64,000 nucleotides of DNA from Verrucomicrobiota bacterium (GTDB lineage: Bacteria; Verrucomicrobiota; Verrucomicrobiia; Limisphaerales; Palsa-1400), in NCBI GenBank assembly GCA_049510745.1, contig JBEKYR010000007.1:1-64000 (forward strand), in the 5' to 3' direction. This document shows positions 40,218 through 50,315 of the stretch, piece by piece. How positions within the stretch are numbered: position 1 is the stretch's first letter; each line of letters opens with the position of its first letter. Below the pieces are notes generated by a model. The model was not told the DNA's origin and did not search any database. It worked only from the letters and a program-made list of their open reading frames with translations. The position numbers and the translations under genes are program-made.

Positions 40218-40623
40218 GGCCGACCTGGAACTGGTCAAAGACTGGCTGACTCGCGCGCACCAGGATTTGCGCGCGGCCCTCATCCTCGCTGCCGCCGAAG
40301 ATGCGCCTTTGGACGTGGCCATTTACCACTGTCAGCAGGCCGGCGAAAAGGCGGTGAAAGCCTATCTGCAATGGCGTGATGAACCTTTCGCCAAGACCCA
40401 CAACCTCCGCGCGCTGGTGATTCAAGCGGCAACGCTGGACAAAGGATTTGACGCGTTTGAAAAACCCGCTGAAATTCTCACGCCATACGTCTCCGCGTGT
40501 CGCTATCCCGGCGGCGCGGACGAACCCATGCCCACGCGCGAAGAATTCAACGAGGCGCTCCAACACGCCCAAGCCATTTACGATTTCGTCTTGAACCTGC
40601 TCCCGGCGGAAGCGCGGCCATGA
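40210..40623 (+). CDS. HEPN domain protein
   Basis: W..RA..DL, YHCQQAGEKAVKA, KTHNL, RYPG. Confidence 0.92.
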   Translation: MDEADLELVKDWLTRAHQDLRAALILAAAEDAPLDVAIYHCQQAGEKAVKAYLQWRDEPFAKTHNLRALVIQAATLDKGFDAFEKPAEILTPYVSACRYPGGADEPMPTREEFNEALQHAQAIYDFVLNLLPAEARP

Positions 40624-40717
40624 AACGTAAACCGACGGAGGACATGGCACCGGCCCTGCGTGCCGCCTCAGACGCTTGCAGAATGGCGCCGAGACTTTCG
40701 GACATTTTCAGCCGCCC

Positions 40718-42121
40718 TCAAACCGCCTTTATGGAAGCGCATTGTTCCTCGACGCTTTCGAGCAGCGCCGCGACCATCCGCCGGACCTGCGGGGCGGTGG
40801 TGCAGTAGGGAGGCATCAGCACGATCACGTTTCCGACCGGGCGGGTGAAAACGCCGCGACGGGCCAGGGCTTCACAGACGCGGAGGCCCACCCGCTCGCG
40901 CAATGGGAACGGCTCGCGCGTCCGCCAATTGCGCACCAGTTCCACTCCGGCAATCAGCCCCACCTGCCGCACGTCGCCCACGGCGGGCAACTGCCAGAGG
41001 GATTGCAGGGATTCGGCCAGGTGTTTTTGCAGTTGACTGCGGGAGCGGACGGAGGCGGGGGATTGCAGGAGGCGGAGGCTGGCGAGCGCGGCGGCCGCGC
41101 CGATTTGGTTGGCGGTGTAGCTGTGGCCGTGGAAAAAAGTTTTGAACTCGGCGTAATCGCCCAGGAACGCGTTGAAGATCGCGGGGGAAGCCAGGGTGGC
41201 GGCCATCGGCAGGCAGCCGCCGGTCAGGCCCTTGGCCAGGGCCATGAGGTCGGGCGCGACGGATTCTTGTTGACAGGCAAAGATCGGGCCGGTCCGGCCG
41301 AAACCGGTCATCACTTCGTCGGCCAGCAGGAGCGCGCCGTGGCCGCGGGCGATGTCCGTGGCGCGCCGCAGCCAGCCTTCGGGTTGCGGCGTCATGCCGG
41401 CGGCGCCCTGAATGAGCGGCTCGAAGACGAAGGCGGCGTAAGGGTTGCCCTTTTTCTTTTGCGCGGAGAATTTCCGTTCCAGCAGGCCGAGGCATTCCCA
41501 GTGGCATTTGCGGCCCAGGCGGGCGTCGGCGCGTTCGGGCCGGGCGCGGTTGAAGGGGCAGCGATAACAAAACGGCGCCATCACGCGGTCGGTTTTGAAG
41601 AGCAAACCGCGGTAGGCCTCATGGAAGAGGTCGATGTGGCCGAGGCTGACGGCGCCGACGGTGTCGCCGTGGTAGGCGGAGTCAAGGGAAAGGAATTTCG
41701 GCTTGGGGCTGTGCCCGGAGCGGCGGGCAAATTCGTACGCCATTTTGAGGGCCGCCTCCATCGCCGTCGAGCCGTCATCGGAAAAGAAGACGCGCCGGAG
41801 TTTTTGGCGCGGCGACGGGCTGGCGAGGCGGATCAATTGGGCGGCGAGCAGGGAGGCCGGCTCGTTGGCGAGGCCCAGGGCGGAGGAGTGGGCGATTTTT
41901 CCAAGCTGCCGGGTGAGGGCGGCGTTGATGGCCGGATGACGGTGGCCGTGCAGATTGGTCCAGATGGACGAGTTGGCGTCGAGGTATTCCTTCCCCTTTG
42001 TGTCAATCAAAACGGCGCCGCGGCCGGCGACGATGACAATGGGTTCGCGCCGCAGCCAGTCGCGCATCTGCGTGAAAGGATGCCAGAGGTATTTGTGATC
42101 CAATTGCGCGAGAGAGGGCAA
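40718..42121 (-). CDS. bioA: 7,8-diaminopelargonate synthase (class III aminotransferase)
   Basis: LWHPFTQM, FSDDGSTAME, YHGDT, DEVMTGFGRTG, AKGLTGG; directly after bioF. Confidence 0.93.
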   Translation of the reverse strand: MPSLAQLDHKYLWHPFTQMRDWLRREPIVIVAGRGAVLIDTKGKEYLDANSSIWTNLHGHRHPAINAALTRQLGKIAHSSALGLANEPASLLAAQLIRLASPSPRQKLRRVFFSDDGSTAMEAALKMAYEFARRSGHSPKPKFLSLDSAYHGDTVGAVSLGHIDLFHEAYRGLLFKTDRVMAPFCYRCPFNRARPERADARLGRKCHWECLGLLERKFSAQKKKGNPYAAFVFEPLIQGAAGMTPQPEGWLRRATDIARGHGALLLADEVMTGFGRTGPIFACQQESVAPDLMALAKGLTGGCLPMAATLASPAIFNAFLGDYAEFKTFFHGHSYTANQIGAAAALASLRLLQSPASVRSRSQLQKHLAESLQSLWQLPAVGDVRQVGLIAGVELVRNWRTREPFPLRERVGLRVCEALARRGVFTRPVGNVIVLMPPYCTTAPQVRRMVAALLESVEEQCASIKAV

Positions 42122-42123
42122 GA

Positions 42124-43320
42124 TCAGGGGCTGCCGGCAAGGTTGACGGCGCGCAAGGCCGAGAGCAATTGCTCGACGTCGGCCTTGGTGTGCGCCGCGG
42201 TCACGGTCAGGCGCAGGCGGGCCTGGCCCTGGGCGACGGTCGGGTAGCGAATGGCGGGAATAAAAATGCCCTGGCTGCGCAAGGCGGCGGCCATTTGCAC
42301 GGCCTTGTCTTCGTCGCCGATGAGAATCGGAATGATGGCGCTGCCTTGGGATTCGAGGTGGCGGCAGACAAGGGCGACGTTGCTCCACAAAAGATTGCGC
42401 CGCTGCTCGCCGGCATCGCTTTGCACAAAACGGACACCCGCCGCCGCCGCCGCCGCCGCCGCCGGAACGGGGGCGGTCGAGAAAATGAAGGAGCGCGAGC
42501 GGTTAACCAGGAAATCGATCAGCGGGCGCGAACCGCAAATGTAACCGCCGGCGGCGCCGAAGGCTTTTCCGAGGGTGCCCATTTGAATTTCAACGTTTTG
42601 CGAGACGTCGAGTTCCTCCGGCAGGCCGCGGCGCGATTTGCCGTAGAGACCGGTGGCGTGGGCGTCATCGACCATGAGCCAGGCGCCGAATTTTTCCTTC
42701 AACGCGACCAATTCGCGCAGGGGCGCCTGGTCGCCGTCCATCGAGAAGATGCTCTCGGTGACGATGAGTGTGCGCGGGCGGCGGCTGGCCGGGGTCAGGG
42801 GGGCGGCGGCGTGGCGGCGGTCGGCCCAGCGGAGAATTTTCGCCACGTCGTTGAGGTTGTTGTGTCCGAAGACGCGCAACTTGGCGCCGGAGAGGCGCGC
42901 GGCATCGACGATGCAGGCGTGAACGAGCTTATCGACCGCGATGACGTCGTTGTTATCCACCAGGGCGCAGATCGCGCCCAAGGCGGCGGCGTAGCCGGAG
43001 GAGAAGGACAGGGCCGCCTCGGCGCCCTTGAAGGCCGCCAGCGCCTCTTCGAGGTCGTGGTGGGGGGCGAGCGAACCGCAAATCAAGCGCGAAGCGCCCG
43101 CGCCCGCGCCGAATTTGTTGACGGCTGCGATGGCGGCTTCCTTGAGGAGGGGATCGTTGGCCAGGCCGAGGTAGTCGTTCGAGGAAAAATTGAGGAGCGA
43201 TTGGCCGTCGATGTCCAGGCGCGGCCCCTGGGGGGAATCGACGCGGCGCAATTGGCGGTAAAGGCCCTGCTCGCGGACCTCTTTCAATCGGGAAGACAAT
43301 TCCTCATCGAACGCGTTCAT
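42124..43320 (-). CDS. bioF: 8-amino-7-oxononanoate synthase
   Basis: NFSSNDYLGL, GASRLICG, SIFSMDGD, DDAH, GTLGKA. Confidence 0.95.
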   Translation of the reverse strand: MNAFDEELSSRLKEVREQGLYRQLRRVDSPQGPRLDIDGQSLLNFSSNDYLGLANDPLLKEAAIAAVNKFGAGAGASRLICGSLAPHHDLEEALAAFKGAEAALSFSSGYAAALGAICALVDNNDVIAVDKLVHACIVDAARLSGAKLRVFGHNNLNDVAKILRWADRRHAAAPLTPASRRPRTLIVTESIFSMDGDQAPLRELVALKEKFGAWLMVDDAHATGLYGKSRRGLPEELDVSQNVEIQMGTLGKAFGAAGGYICGSRPLIDFLVNRSRSFIFSTAPVPAAAAAAAAGVRFVQSDAGEQRRNLLWSNVALVCRHLESQGSAIIPILIGDEDKAVQMAAALRSQGIFIPAIRYPTVAQGQARLRLTVTAAHTKADVEQLLSALRAVNLAGSP

Positions 43321-43400
43321 GCCCAAGAAATGACACAGTTGGGAGGATTTGGCCAGCAGGTTTCATCATAATCTCAGCTATTAGGGCAAAGAGGACCAAA

Positions 43401-43437
43401 AGGACGCACACGGACGCACACGGACACACACGGACGC
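43401..43437 (+). repeat. 10-nt tandem repeat downstream of the four-helix-bundle gene
   Basis: AGGACGCACA-CGGACGCACA-CGGACACACA-CGGACGC. Confidence 0.8.
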
Positions 43438-43444
43438 TGTGAAT

Positions 43445-44089
43445 TCAGCCACGGTTTCGCCTTTCGCTGCGAACGCGGTAGAGGCGTTCGGTGAAACCGC
43501 CTTCCTTCTCGAAGGCTGCGGCCTGCGCCTTGAACTGGCGGTCGAGAAGGTAGCAGGACAGATTCAGGAGCGAGAGCGCCGCGTTGGCGACGAGTTCGGC
43601 GGAAGACACGGACGCGCACGGACGTTCACCGACACGCATGGACGGTTTCGCCTCTGTGAGTCCGTGTTTGTCCGTGTCCGTCCTTGAGCGGCTACGTTCC
43701 TCCTCCACCCATGCCCGGACCACTTGCAATGTGGCGCATCGCTTCGCCTTGAAGCGCTTCAAAGCCGGATGATCTGGCGGCATCGGCACCAACCCCCGCT
43801 GGCGCAAAAAATCCTCGTAGTCCAGGCGCAGCTCCTCCAGGCTGGCACGAGCCACGTTGGTCAGTTTAAGCTCGGTTTTTTTGGAGATGCCGGAGGCTTG
43901 GCTGCCCTCGGCGATGTTCTGCACGCCGGAACGCGCCGCCTGCACCATTTGATCGCGCGTGCGGCTCTTTCGATCCACGTAACGCTCGCAGAAACGCACC
44001 GTTACATCATAGACCAATTGCGCCAACTGAAAGCTTTTTAACTTCCGGTAGCCACCATGCAGAGGGATCAGTTCTTCCGGCTCAGGCAT
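43445..44089 (-). CDS. Four helix bundle protein with suffix domain (bAvd/IVS-like family)
   Basis: GGYRKLKSFQ, DQMVQAARSGVQNIAEGS, ARASLEELRLDYEDFL, EGGFTERLY. Confidence 0.9.
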   Translation of the reverse strand: MPEPEELIPLHGGYRKLKSFQLAQLVYDVTVRFCERYVDRKSRTRDQMVQAARSGVQNIAEGSQASGISKKTELKLTNVARASLEELRLDYEDFLRQRGLVPMPPDHPALKRFKAKRCATLQVVRAWVEEERSRSRTDTDKHGLTEAKPSMRVGERPCASVSSAELVANAALSLLNLSCYLLDRQFKAQAAAFEKEGGFTERLYRVRSERRNRG

Positions 44090-44225
44090 GGTCTGAAGCT
44101 GCCACGTTCCCCGTCCGTTGTCAGTTGATGAAAAATGACTTGCGGCGATTAGACCGGTTCACAATGATAGCCCGATCACTTATGCGCCAGCCCACTCTTT
44201 GAGACAAATCAAACCACCAAAAGCC

Positions 44226-45809
44226 ATGTCACTCCAACCTGTTCTCATTGCCGGCGAATGGCGCGCGGCCAAAGCCAGCGGGACTTTCCGGGCTGAAAAC
44301 CCCGCGACCGGCGAAACGCTGCCGGAAGAATTTCCCGTCAGCGCGTGGGCCGATTGCGAGGCCGCGCTCGAGGCCGCCGTCGGAGCCGCCAACGAACTTG
44401 GGCAAACGCCGCCCGAAAAACTGGCGAACTTTCTGACGCGCTTCGCCGGGCGCATTGAGGCGCGCAAAACCGAACTGGTCGAAATCGCGCACGCTGAAAC
44501 CGGCCTGCCCAAATCGCCGCGTCTGGCGGAGGTGGAATTGCCGCGCACGACCGGGCAGTTGCGCCAGGCGGCCGCCGCCGCGCTGGACGGCTCGTGGGCT
44601 ATGGCGACGATTGACACGAAATTAAACATTCGCTCGATGCTCGCCCCGCTCGGGCCGGTGTGGGTTTTCGGCCCGAATAATTTTCCGTTCGCGTACAACA
44701 GCATCGCGGGCGGGGATTTTGCCGCCGCGATCGCGGCCGCCAATCCCGTGATTGCCAAAGCCAACACGTCGCATCCCGGCACGTCCCGGTTGCTGGCGGA
44801 GGAGGCCTTCGCCGCCGTGAGGGAAGCGGGGCTGCCGGGCGCGACGGTGCAATTGATCTATCGCACCAGCCACGCGGACGGCGAACGGCTGGCCGCCGAT
44901 GCGCGCACCGGGGCGCTGGCTTACACGGGCAGCCGCGCCGCCGGCCTCAAGCTCAAAGCCGCCGCGGACCGGGCGGGCAAGCCGATCTATCTGGAACTGT
45001 CCAGCGTCAATCCGGTGCTGATGCTGCCGGGCGCGTTGGCGGAACGGGGGGCGAAATTGGCGGAGGAATTCTGCGCCAGTTGCCTGCTGGCCACGGGGCA
45101 ATTCTGCACCAGCCCGGGCCTGGTGCTGTTGTTTGCCGGCGAAGCGGCGGAACAATTCATCGCCGCCGTGCGCCAAAAGCTGGAAGCGACGCCGCCCGCG
45201 CCGTTGCTCTCCGGCGGCGTGTTGCGGTCGCTGGAAGAAAGCGTGGGAACCCTGCGCGCGGCGGGCGCCGAACTGGTCACGGGCGGCAGGGCGTTGCCGC
45301 CGCCCGGCCATCGGTTTGCCAACACGCTGCTGCGCGTGAGCGGGGAGAAATTTTTGGCCGAACCGGAACAATTGCAGACGGAGGCGTTTGGCAACGCCTC
45401 GCTCATCGTCGTGCTGCGCGACGCCGGCCAGGCGCGCGCCGTCATCGAGCATCTCGAAGGCAATCTGACCGGCAGCATTTATTCCGACACGGCGGGCGCG
45501 GACGACGCGCTTTACGCCCAACTGGCGCCGCTGCTGCGGGCGCGGGTGGGGCGTTTATTGAACGACAAGATGCCGACAGGTGTGGCGGTCACGGCGGCGA
45601 TGAACCACGGCGGACCGTATCCGGCGACGGGACATCCGGGCTTTACCGCCGTCGGCATTCCCGCGTCATTGCGGCGTTTTGCGATGCTCCAGTGTTTTGA
45701 CAGTGTCCGCCCGCAGCGTCTGCCAGCCGCGCTGCGCAATCAGAATCCGACTGGAAAAATGTGGCGGCTTATGGATGGCCACTGGACGCAAGACAGCGCC
45801 GCCGGATAA
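44226..45809 (+). CDS. NADP-dependent aldehyde dehydrogenase (alpha-ketoglutaric semialdehyde dehydrogenase-like)
   Basis: FGPNNFPFA, ELSSVNP, GQFCTSPG, EAFG, MNHGGPYPAT. Confidence 0.88.
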   Translation: MSLQPVLIAGEWRAAKASGTFRAENPATGETLPEEFPVSAWADCEAALEAAVGAANELGQTPPEKLANFLTRFAGRIEARKTELVEIAHAETGLPKSPRLAEVELPRTTGQLRQAAAAALDGSWAMATIDTKLNIRSMLAPLGPVWVFGPNNFPFAYNSIAGGDFAAAIAAANPVIAKANTSHPGTSRLLAEEAFAAVREAGLPGATVQLIYRTSHADGERLAADARTGALAYTGSRAAGLKLKAAADRAGKPIYLELSSVNPVLMLPGALAERGAKLAEEFCASCLLATGQFCTSPGLVLLFAGEAAEQFIAAVRQKLEATPPAPLLSGGVLRSLEESVGTLRAAGAELVTGGRALPPPGHRFANTLLRVSGEKFLAEPEQLQTEAFGNASLIVVLRDAGQARAVIEHLEGNLTGSIYSDTAGADDALYAQLAPLLRARVGRLLNDKMPTGVAVTAAMNHGGPYPATGHPGFTAVGIPASLRRFAMLQCFDSVRPQRLPAALRNQNPTGKMWRLMDGHWTQDSAAG

Positions 45810-45840
45810 AGAGTTTTCCTCAAACCCAAGCCAAAAACAC

Positions 45841-47529
45841 ATGATGCGTCATCTCCAAGCCGCCCGCTTGTTCGCCGCGCTTTTGCCGGCGTCAATCGCC
45901 ATTGCCGAGCCGGCCACCAACGCTTCGTTTCCCGTCGCCATCACGGTGGACGCGGCCAAGCCGGTGGGAGAACTGACGCCGATCTGGCGCTTCTTCGGCG
46001 CGGACGAACCGAACTACGCCTACATGAAGGACGGCAAGAAGCTTTTGTCTGAACTCGGCCAGCTCGGCGGGGCGCAGGTTTATTTTCGCGCGCACCATCT
46101 GCTGACCAGCGGCGACGGCTGGGCGGCGTTGAAATGGGGTTCGACCAGCGCCTACAAGGAGGATGCGAACGGCAAAGCGATTTACGACTGGACGATCAAC
46201 GACCGGATTTTCGACGCGTATCTCGAACACGGCCTCAAACCTTATGTGCAGATCGGCTTCATGCCGGAGGCGCTGACGACGCATCCGCAGAATTATCCGC
46301 ACCATCCGCCGGCCAACCAGCGCGCGCCCGCCGACGCGGGACAGTCGTATCCGCCGAGAGATTACGCGAAGTGGGGCGAGCTTGCGCATCAATGGGCCAG
46401 GCATTGCGTGGAGAAATACGGGCGGGCGGAAGTGGAGAAATGGTATTGGGAAGTCTGGAACGAGCCGAACATCAGTTACTGGCACGGGTCGCACGCGGAG
46501 TATTTCAAGCTTTACGATTACGCGGTGGACGGCGTGCGGCGGGCGCTGGCGAGCGCGCGCGTCGGCGGGCCGGAAACAGCGGGCGGGCCGGGCGGGAGGT
46601 TTTTGCGCGAATTTCTGGAACATTGCGCGTCGGGCACGAATTACGTCAGCGGCAAAACCGGCTCGCCCCTGGACTTTATCTCATTCCACGCCAAAGGCGC
46701 GCCGGTGTTCACCAACGGCCACGTCCGCATGGGCATGGCGAACCAGTTCAAGAATATCGACAGCGCCTTTGCCGTGATCGCGTCTTTTCCTGAATTCAAA
46801 AACCTGCCCATCATCATCGGCGAATCCGATCCGGAAGGATGCGCGGCGTGCCGCGAGCCGCACGACGCCTATCGCAACGGCACGATGTATTCCAGTTACA
46901 CGGCGGCGAGTTTTCCGCGCGCCTATGAACTGGCGGCGGAACGCGGGATGAATCTCCAGGGGGCGCTGACCTGGGCGTTTGAATTTGAAGACCAATTGCC
47001 GTTCGCCGGCTTCCGTCAACTGGCCAGCGCGGGGATGGATTTGCCGGTGCTGAATGTGTTCCGGATGTTCGCCAAAATGAGCGGCGAGCGCCTGGCCGCG
47101 GTCAGCAGCGCGGGACTGGAGGCGCAAACGATTCTCAAATCCGGCGTGCGCGGCCCTCCCGACGTGGCCGCGCTGGCGAGCCTGGACAAAGGCAAACTGG
47201 CCGTGCTGGCCTGGCATTATCACGACGACGATGTGGCCGGCCCGGAGGCGAGGGTGGACCTGGCGCTGAACAACCTGCCGTTCGCCAACGGCGAGGCGAA
47301 GATGACGCACTACCGGATTGACGCCGACCACAGCAATTCCTACCAGGCGTGGCTGCGGATGGGTTCGCCGCAGCCGCTCTCGGACAAGCAATTTTCCGAA
47401 CTGGAAAAGGCCGGGCAGCTTGCCCTGCTTGGCCCGCCGGAAAACATCCGCGTGGAAAACGGCAGGGCCGGCGTGAAATTCAACCTGCCGCGCCAGGCGG
47501 TGACCCTGCTGGTGGTGGAGTGGAATTAA
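45841..47529 (+). CDS. GH39 beta-xylosidase-like glycoside hydrolase, exported
   Basis: Signal peptide, WEVWNEP acid/base, IIIGESDP nucleophile region. Confidence 0.88.
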   Translation: MMRHLQAARLFAALLPASIAIAEPATNASFPVAITVDAAKPVGELTPIWRFFGADEPNYAYMKDGKKLLSELGQLGGAQVYFRAHHLLTSGDGWAALKWGSTSAYKEDANGKAIYDWTINDRIFDAYLEHGLKPYVQIGFMPEALTTHPQNYPHHPPANQRAPADAGQSYPPRDYAKWGELAHQWARHCVEKYGRAEVEKWYWEVWNEPNISYWHGSHAEYFKLYDYAVDGVRRALASARVGGPETAGGPGGRFLREFLEHCASGTNYVSGKTGSPLDFISFHAKGAPVFTNGHVRMGMANQFKNIDSAFAVIASFPEFKNLPIIIGESDPEGCAACREPHDAYRNGTMYSSYTAASFPRAYELAAERGMNLQGALTWAFEFEDQLPFAGFRQLASAGMDLPVLNVFRMFAKMSGERLAAVSSAGLEAQTILKSGVRGPPDVAALASLDKGKLAVLAWHYHDDDVAGPEARVDLALNNLPFANGEAKMTHYRIDADHSNSYQAWLRMGSPQPLSDKQFSELEKAGQLALLGPPENIRVENGRAGVKFNLPRQAVTLLVVEWN

Positions 47530-47542
47530 CCCGCGGTCCGGT

Positions 47543-47833
47543 TTAAAGTTTTTGCAGGACGGCTTCCGGCGCGAAACCGTGAAGTTTAATCACCTTGTGC
47601 CGCGATTTATGGCCGCGAACCAGTTCGACGCGATGGCGGGCGCAATCGAGTTTTTCGGCGAGCAACTCAATCAACGCTTCGTTGGCGGCGGCATCCACCG
47701 GCGGGGCGGTGACCTTGATTTTCAGCTCGTCGCCAGCCAGCCCGACGATTTGATTGGACGAGGCGCGCGGTTGGAGTTTCACGGACAGGAGCGTGCCGTC
47801 CGGTTGGGCGCGGAGGAAAATCGGAGTCGCCAT
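47543..47833 (-). CDS. DUF167 (YggU-like) protein
   Basis: VKLQPRAS, APPVDAAANEAL, GHKSRHK. Confidence 0.9.
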   Translation of the reverse strand: MATPIFLRAQPDGTLLSVKLQPRASSNQIVGLAGDELKIKVTAPPVDAAANEALIELLAEKLDCARHRVELVRGHKSRHKVIKLHGFAPEAVLQKL

Positions 47834-47918
47834 GGCCGCGCATAGTAAGCGGCGGCAGGCCATTTGTCTCTGGAATTCCGAATTTGCAGGCAGATGGGAA
47901 ACAGGGCACCTTGGGGGG

Positions 47919-50009
47919 ATGAAACACAACTCGACCGGGAAAGCGTGGCTCCTTGCCGGGAGTCTTCTGGCTTTGCCGGGTTTCCTCAACCTGGGGGGGA
48001 CGGCGCGGGCGCAGACTGTATTTATGGTTGACGCGTTCAATCCATCGGGCGTGGGCGGCAATAACTACGCCAGCGGCCAGATCACCAATGTCTGGGGGAA
48101 TTGGTTCGGGAACGCGTTTCAATCATTGGCTTGGGATTCCGCCAGCGACGCCAACAATAACGCCGCTTCGGGATCGATGAAGATCACGGCCAACTTCAAC
48201 GGCGCCAGCAATCAGTTCGAGGTTTATGACTTTAACGGCATCTACCCGCCGGTGAACGGGGTGCAATACACGAATTTTCAATGCGATGTCCGTTTCGATC
48301 CCAGTTCCGCCACCGTGACGGCGGGCGGCAAGCTCATCTTTGGCCACCTGGAATTCGGCACGCCGAACGGCTACGGCCAGGATTACTTTGGCGGAGTGGA
48401 CGTTCCGGCCACGAACACAAACTGGGTGCATGTCAGCCTGCCGCTCAGCGCGGCGTCGGACCCGAATCTGACGAACATCTACAACGTTCTCATTCACATC
48501 TACGGGCCTTATTACAGTCCCGGGTTGAGCGGCGCTTCGATCCTCTGGGTGGACAACATCAAGTTTGTCGGCGCCACGCCGGTGACGACAAATTGCGTCG
48601 TGGACTGGAACGACGTGCATCAAAGGATAGATGGTTTTGGCGCTTCCTCGGCTTGGGATGGCAGTTGGACGAGCGCGCAAGCGGACCTGTTTTTTTCCAC
48701 CAATGCCGGGATCGGCCTTTCCTTGTTGCGCACACGCATCGCCCCTGGCGGCACGACGGTGGAAAACAGCATCATGCAGATGGCCCAAGCCCGCGGGGCC
48801 AGGGTCTGGAGCACGCCGTGGAGTCCGCAGGCGTCGTTCAAAAGCAATACAAATGTCGATGGCGGAGAATTTCTTTCGGCCAGCAACCAGGCTTACGCCA
48901 GCCAACTGGCCGGTTACGTGGCCAACATGAAGAACACTTACGGCGTCACCCTCTACGCCCTCTCCATCCAGAACGAACCCGGGATTGCGACCAGTTACGA
49001 ATCCTGCGTGTGGAACGCGCAGCAGATTCATGATTTTGTCCCTTACCTTTACGCCGCGTTGGCGGCGAGCAACGTGGCTTCGACAAAGATCCTGCTGGCG
49101 GAAGACCAGAGCTGGGAGACCAGTCTTTACCTCACCGCCATGAGTGATCCTTCGGTCGCGACGAACGTCGGCATTATCGCCTGCCACAATTATGACGGCA
49201 GTCCGCCCGGCGGGAATCCGGCGGCGCTGCCCCGGTCTGCCAATCCCAACGCGGCGCTCTGGGAGACGGAAGTTTCCACGTTCGACGCCTTTGACGGAAG
49301 CATGAGCAACGCCCTGTATTGGGCCGGCCGGATTCACCTGTTCCTGACGGCCGCGGAGGTCAACGCTTTTCATTATTGGTGGCTCATTCCCTTCAACCCC
49401 GATAACGAAGGATTGACCGACCCATCCGGCAATCCGGCCAAGCGCATGTATGCGCTGGGCAATTACAGCCGGTTTGTCCGGCCGGGCTATTACCGGATCG
49501 GAGTGTCCAACAACGCGTTCACCTCGATCAGCGCCTACAAGGACACCAACTCCGGCAGCTTTGCCATCGTCGCCATTAATTCGAGCTTCGGCGCCGTCAC
49601 GCAGATTTTTAATCTGGCCAACTTCACGGCCAGTTCTGTCACCCCATCGGTTACCTCCGGCACACTTTCGCTTTCCAACCAGGCTGCCGTGGCCGTTTCC
49701 AACTCAACTTTCAGCTACGCGCTGCCCGCTCTGAGCGTGGTGACCTTCATCGGGCAGGCTTACGTGGCGCCGTCCAGCATCACGATCTCGCGCGCTGTTC
49801 TCAACGGGAGCGCTTTTGTTCTCAGTTGGAATTCGGTCGCGGGCGCAAGCTACAGCGTGCTCAGAACCAATGTCCTGGCCGGACCCGCCACGCGCTGGCC
49901 CGCCATTGTCACCGGCTATCCGGCGGGAGGCGCCGCGGCCGGTTCGCTCTCCTACACGGATGTGACAGTGAGGGTGGCCCCGAGTTTTTATCGGGTGAGC
50001 AGTCCCTGA
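47919..50009 (+). CDS. Secreted GH30 glucuronoxylanase-like enzyme with an N-terminal CBM-like domain and a C-terminal domain
   Basis: QRIDGFGAS, STPWSP, SIQNEP, LWETE, YSRFVRPGYYRI; ends FYRVSSP. Confidence 0.88.
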   Translation: MKHNSTGKAWLLAGSLLALPGFLNLGGTARAQTVFMVDAFNPSGVGGNNYASGQITNVWGNWFGNAFQSLAWDSASDANNNAASGSMKITANFNGASNQFEVYDFNGIYPPVNGVQYTNFQCDVRFDPSSATVTAGGKLIFGHLEFGTPNGYGQDYFGGVDVPATNTNWVHVSLPLSAASDPNLTNIYNVLIHIYGPYYSPGLSGASILWVDNIKFVGATPVTTNCVVDWNDVHQRIDGFGASSAWDGSWTSAQADLFFSTNAGIGLSLLRTRIAPGGTTVENSIMQMAQARGARVWSTPWSPQASFKSNTNVDGGEFLSASNQAYASQLAGYVANMKNTYGVTLYALSIQNEPGIATSYESCVWNAQQIHDFVPYLYAALAASNVASTKILLAEDQSWETSLYLTAMSDPSVATNVGIIACHNYDGSPPGGNPAALPRSANPNAALWETEVSTFDAFDGSMSNALYWAGRIHLFLTAAEVNAFHYWWLIPFNPDNEGLTDPSGNPAKRMYALGNYSRFVRPGYYRIGVSNNAFTSISAYKDTNSGSFAIVAINSSFGAVTQIFNLANFTASSVTPSVTSGTLSLSNQAAVAVSNSTFSYALPALSVVTFIGQAYVAPSSITISRAVLNGSAFVLSWNSVAGASYSVLRTNVLAGPATRWPAIVTGYPAGGAAAGSLSYTDVTVRVAPSFYRVSSP

Positions 50010-50051
50010 CCGTGGCGGGGGGAGCTCGAACCCTCGTTAAAGGACGGTTTG

Positions 50052-50111
50052 TGGCGGGCTTGCGGAAAGAAATCCGCATGTTTTTGGCGGGTTTGAAGCT
50101 GGAATTCCGCA
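50052..50111 (+). promoter_or_regulatory. Two tandem copies of a candidate ECF promoter TGRCGGGYT-N14-CGCA
   Basis: TGGCGGGCT-N14-CGCA at 50052-50078 and TGGCGGGTT-N14-CGCA at 50085-50111; third copy at 53868. Confidence 0.5.
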
Positions 50112-50315
50112 CATACAAGGAGAAGTCACAGTGTATATGAGCGCAAAGCGACACCAATGCCGTTGCGGGGGTATCGACTCGTTGTCGCCGGGCTATTTAT
50201 GGAGCAAGACCTCGTTTCCCAAACGGCTGTGGCGCCGGATGGACAATGGCGGGGAAAGACCGGGGTGATGCAAAATCGGAAAACCTCTCAACTAAAACCC
50301 ATCAAATATCAAGAT

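Noticed and set aside
43401..43437. Tandem repeats as a CRISPR array
   Set aside because: Units are 10 nt with no unique spacers and there are no cas genes; no CRISPR array seen anywhere in the window.
43445..44089. Diversity-generating retroelement (Avd-like gene)
   Set aside because: No reverse transcriptase and no template/variable repeat pair in the window.
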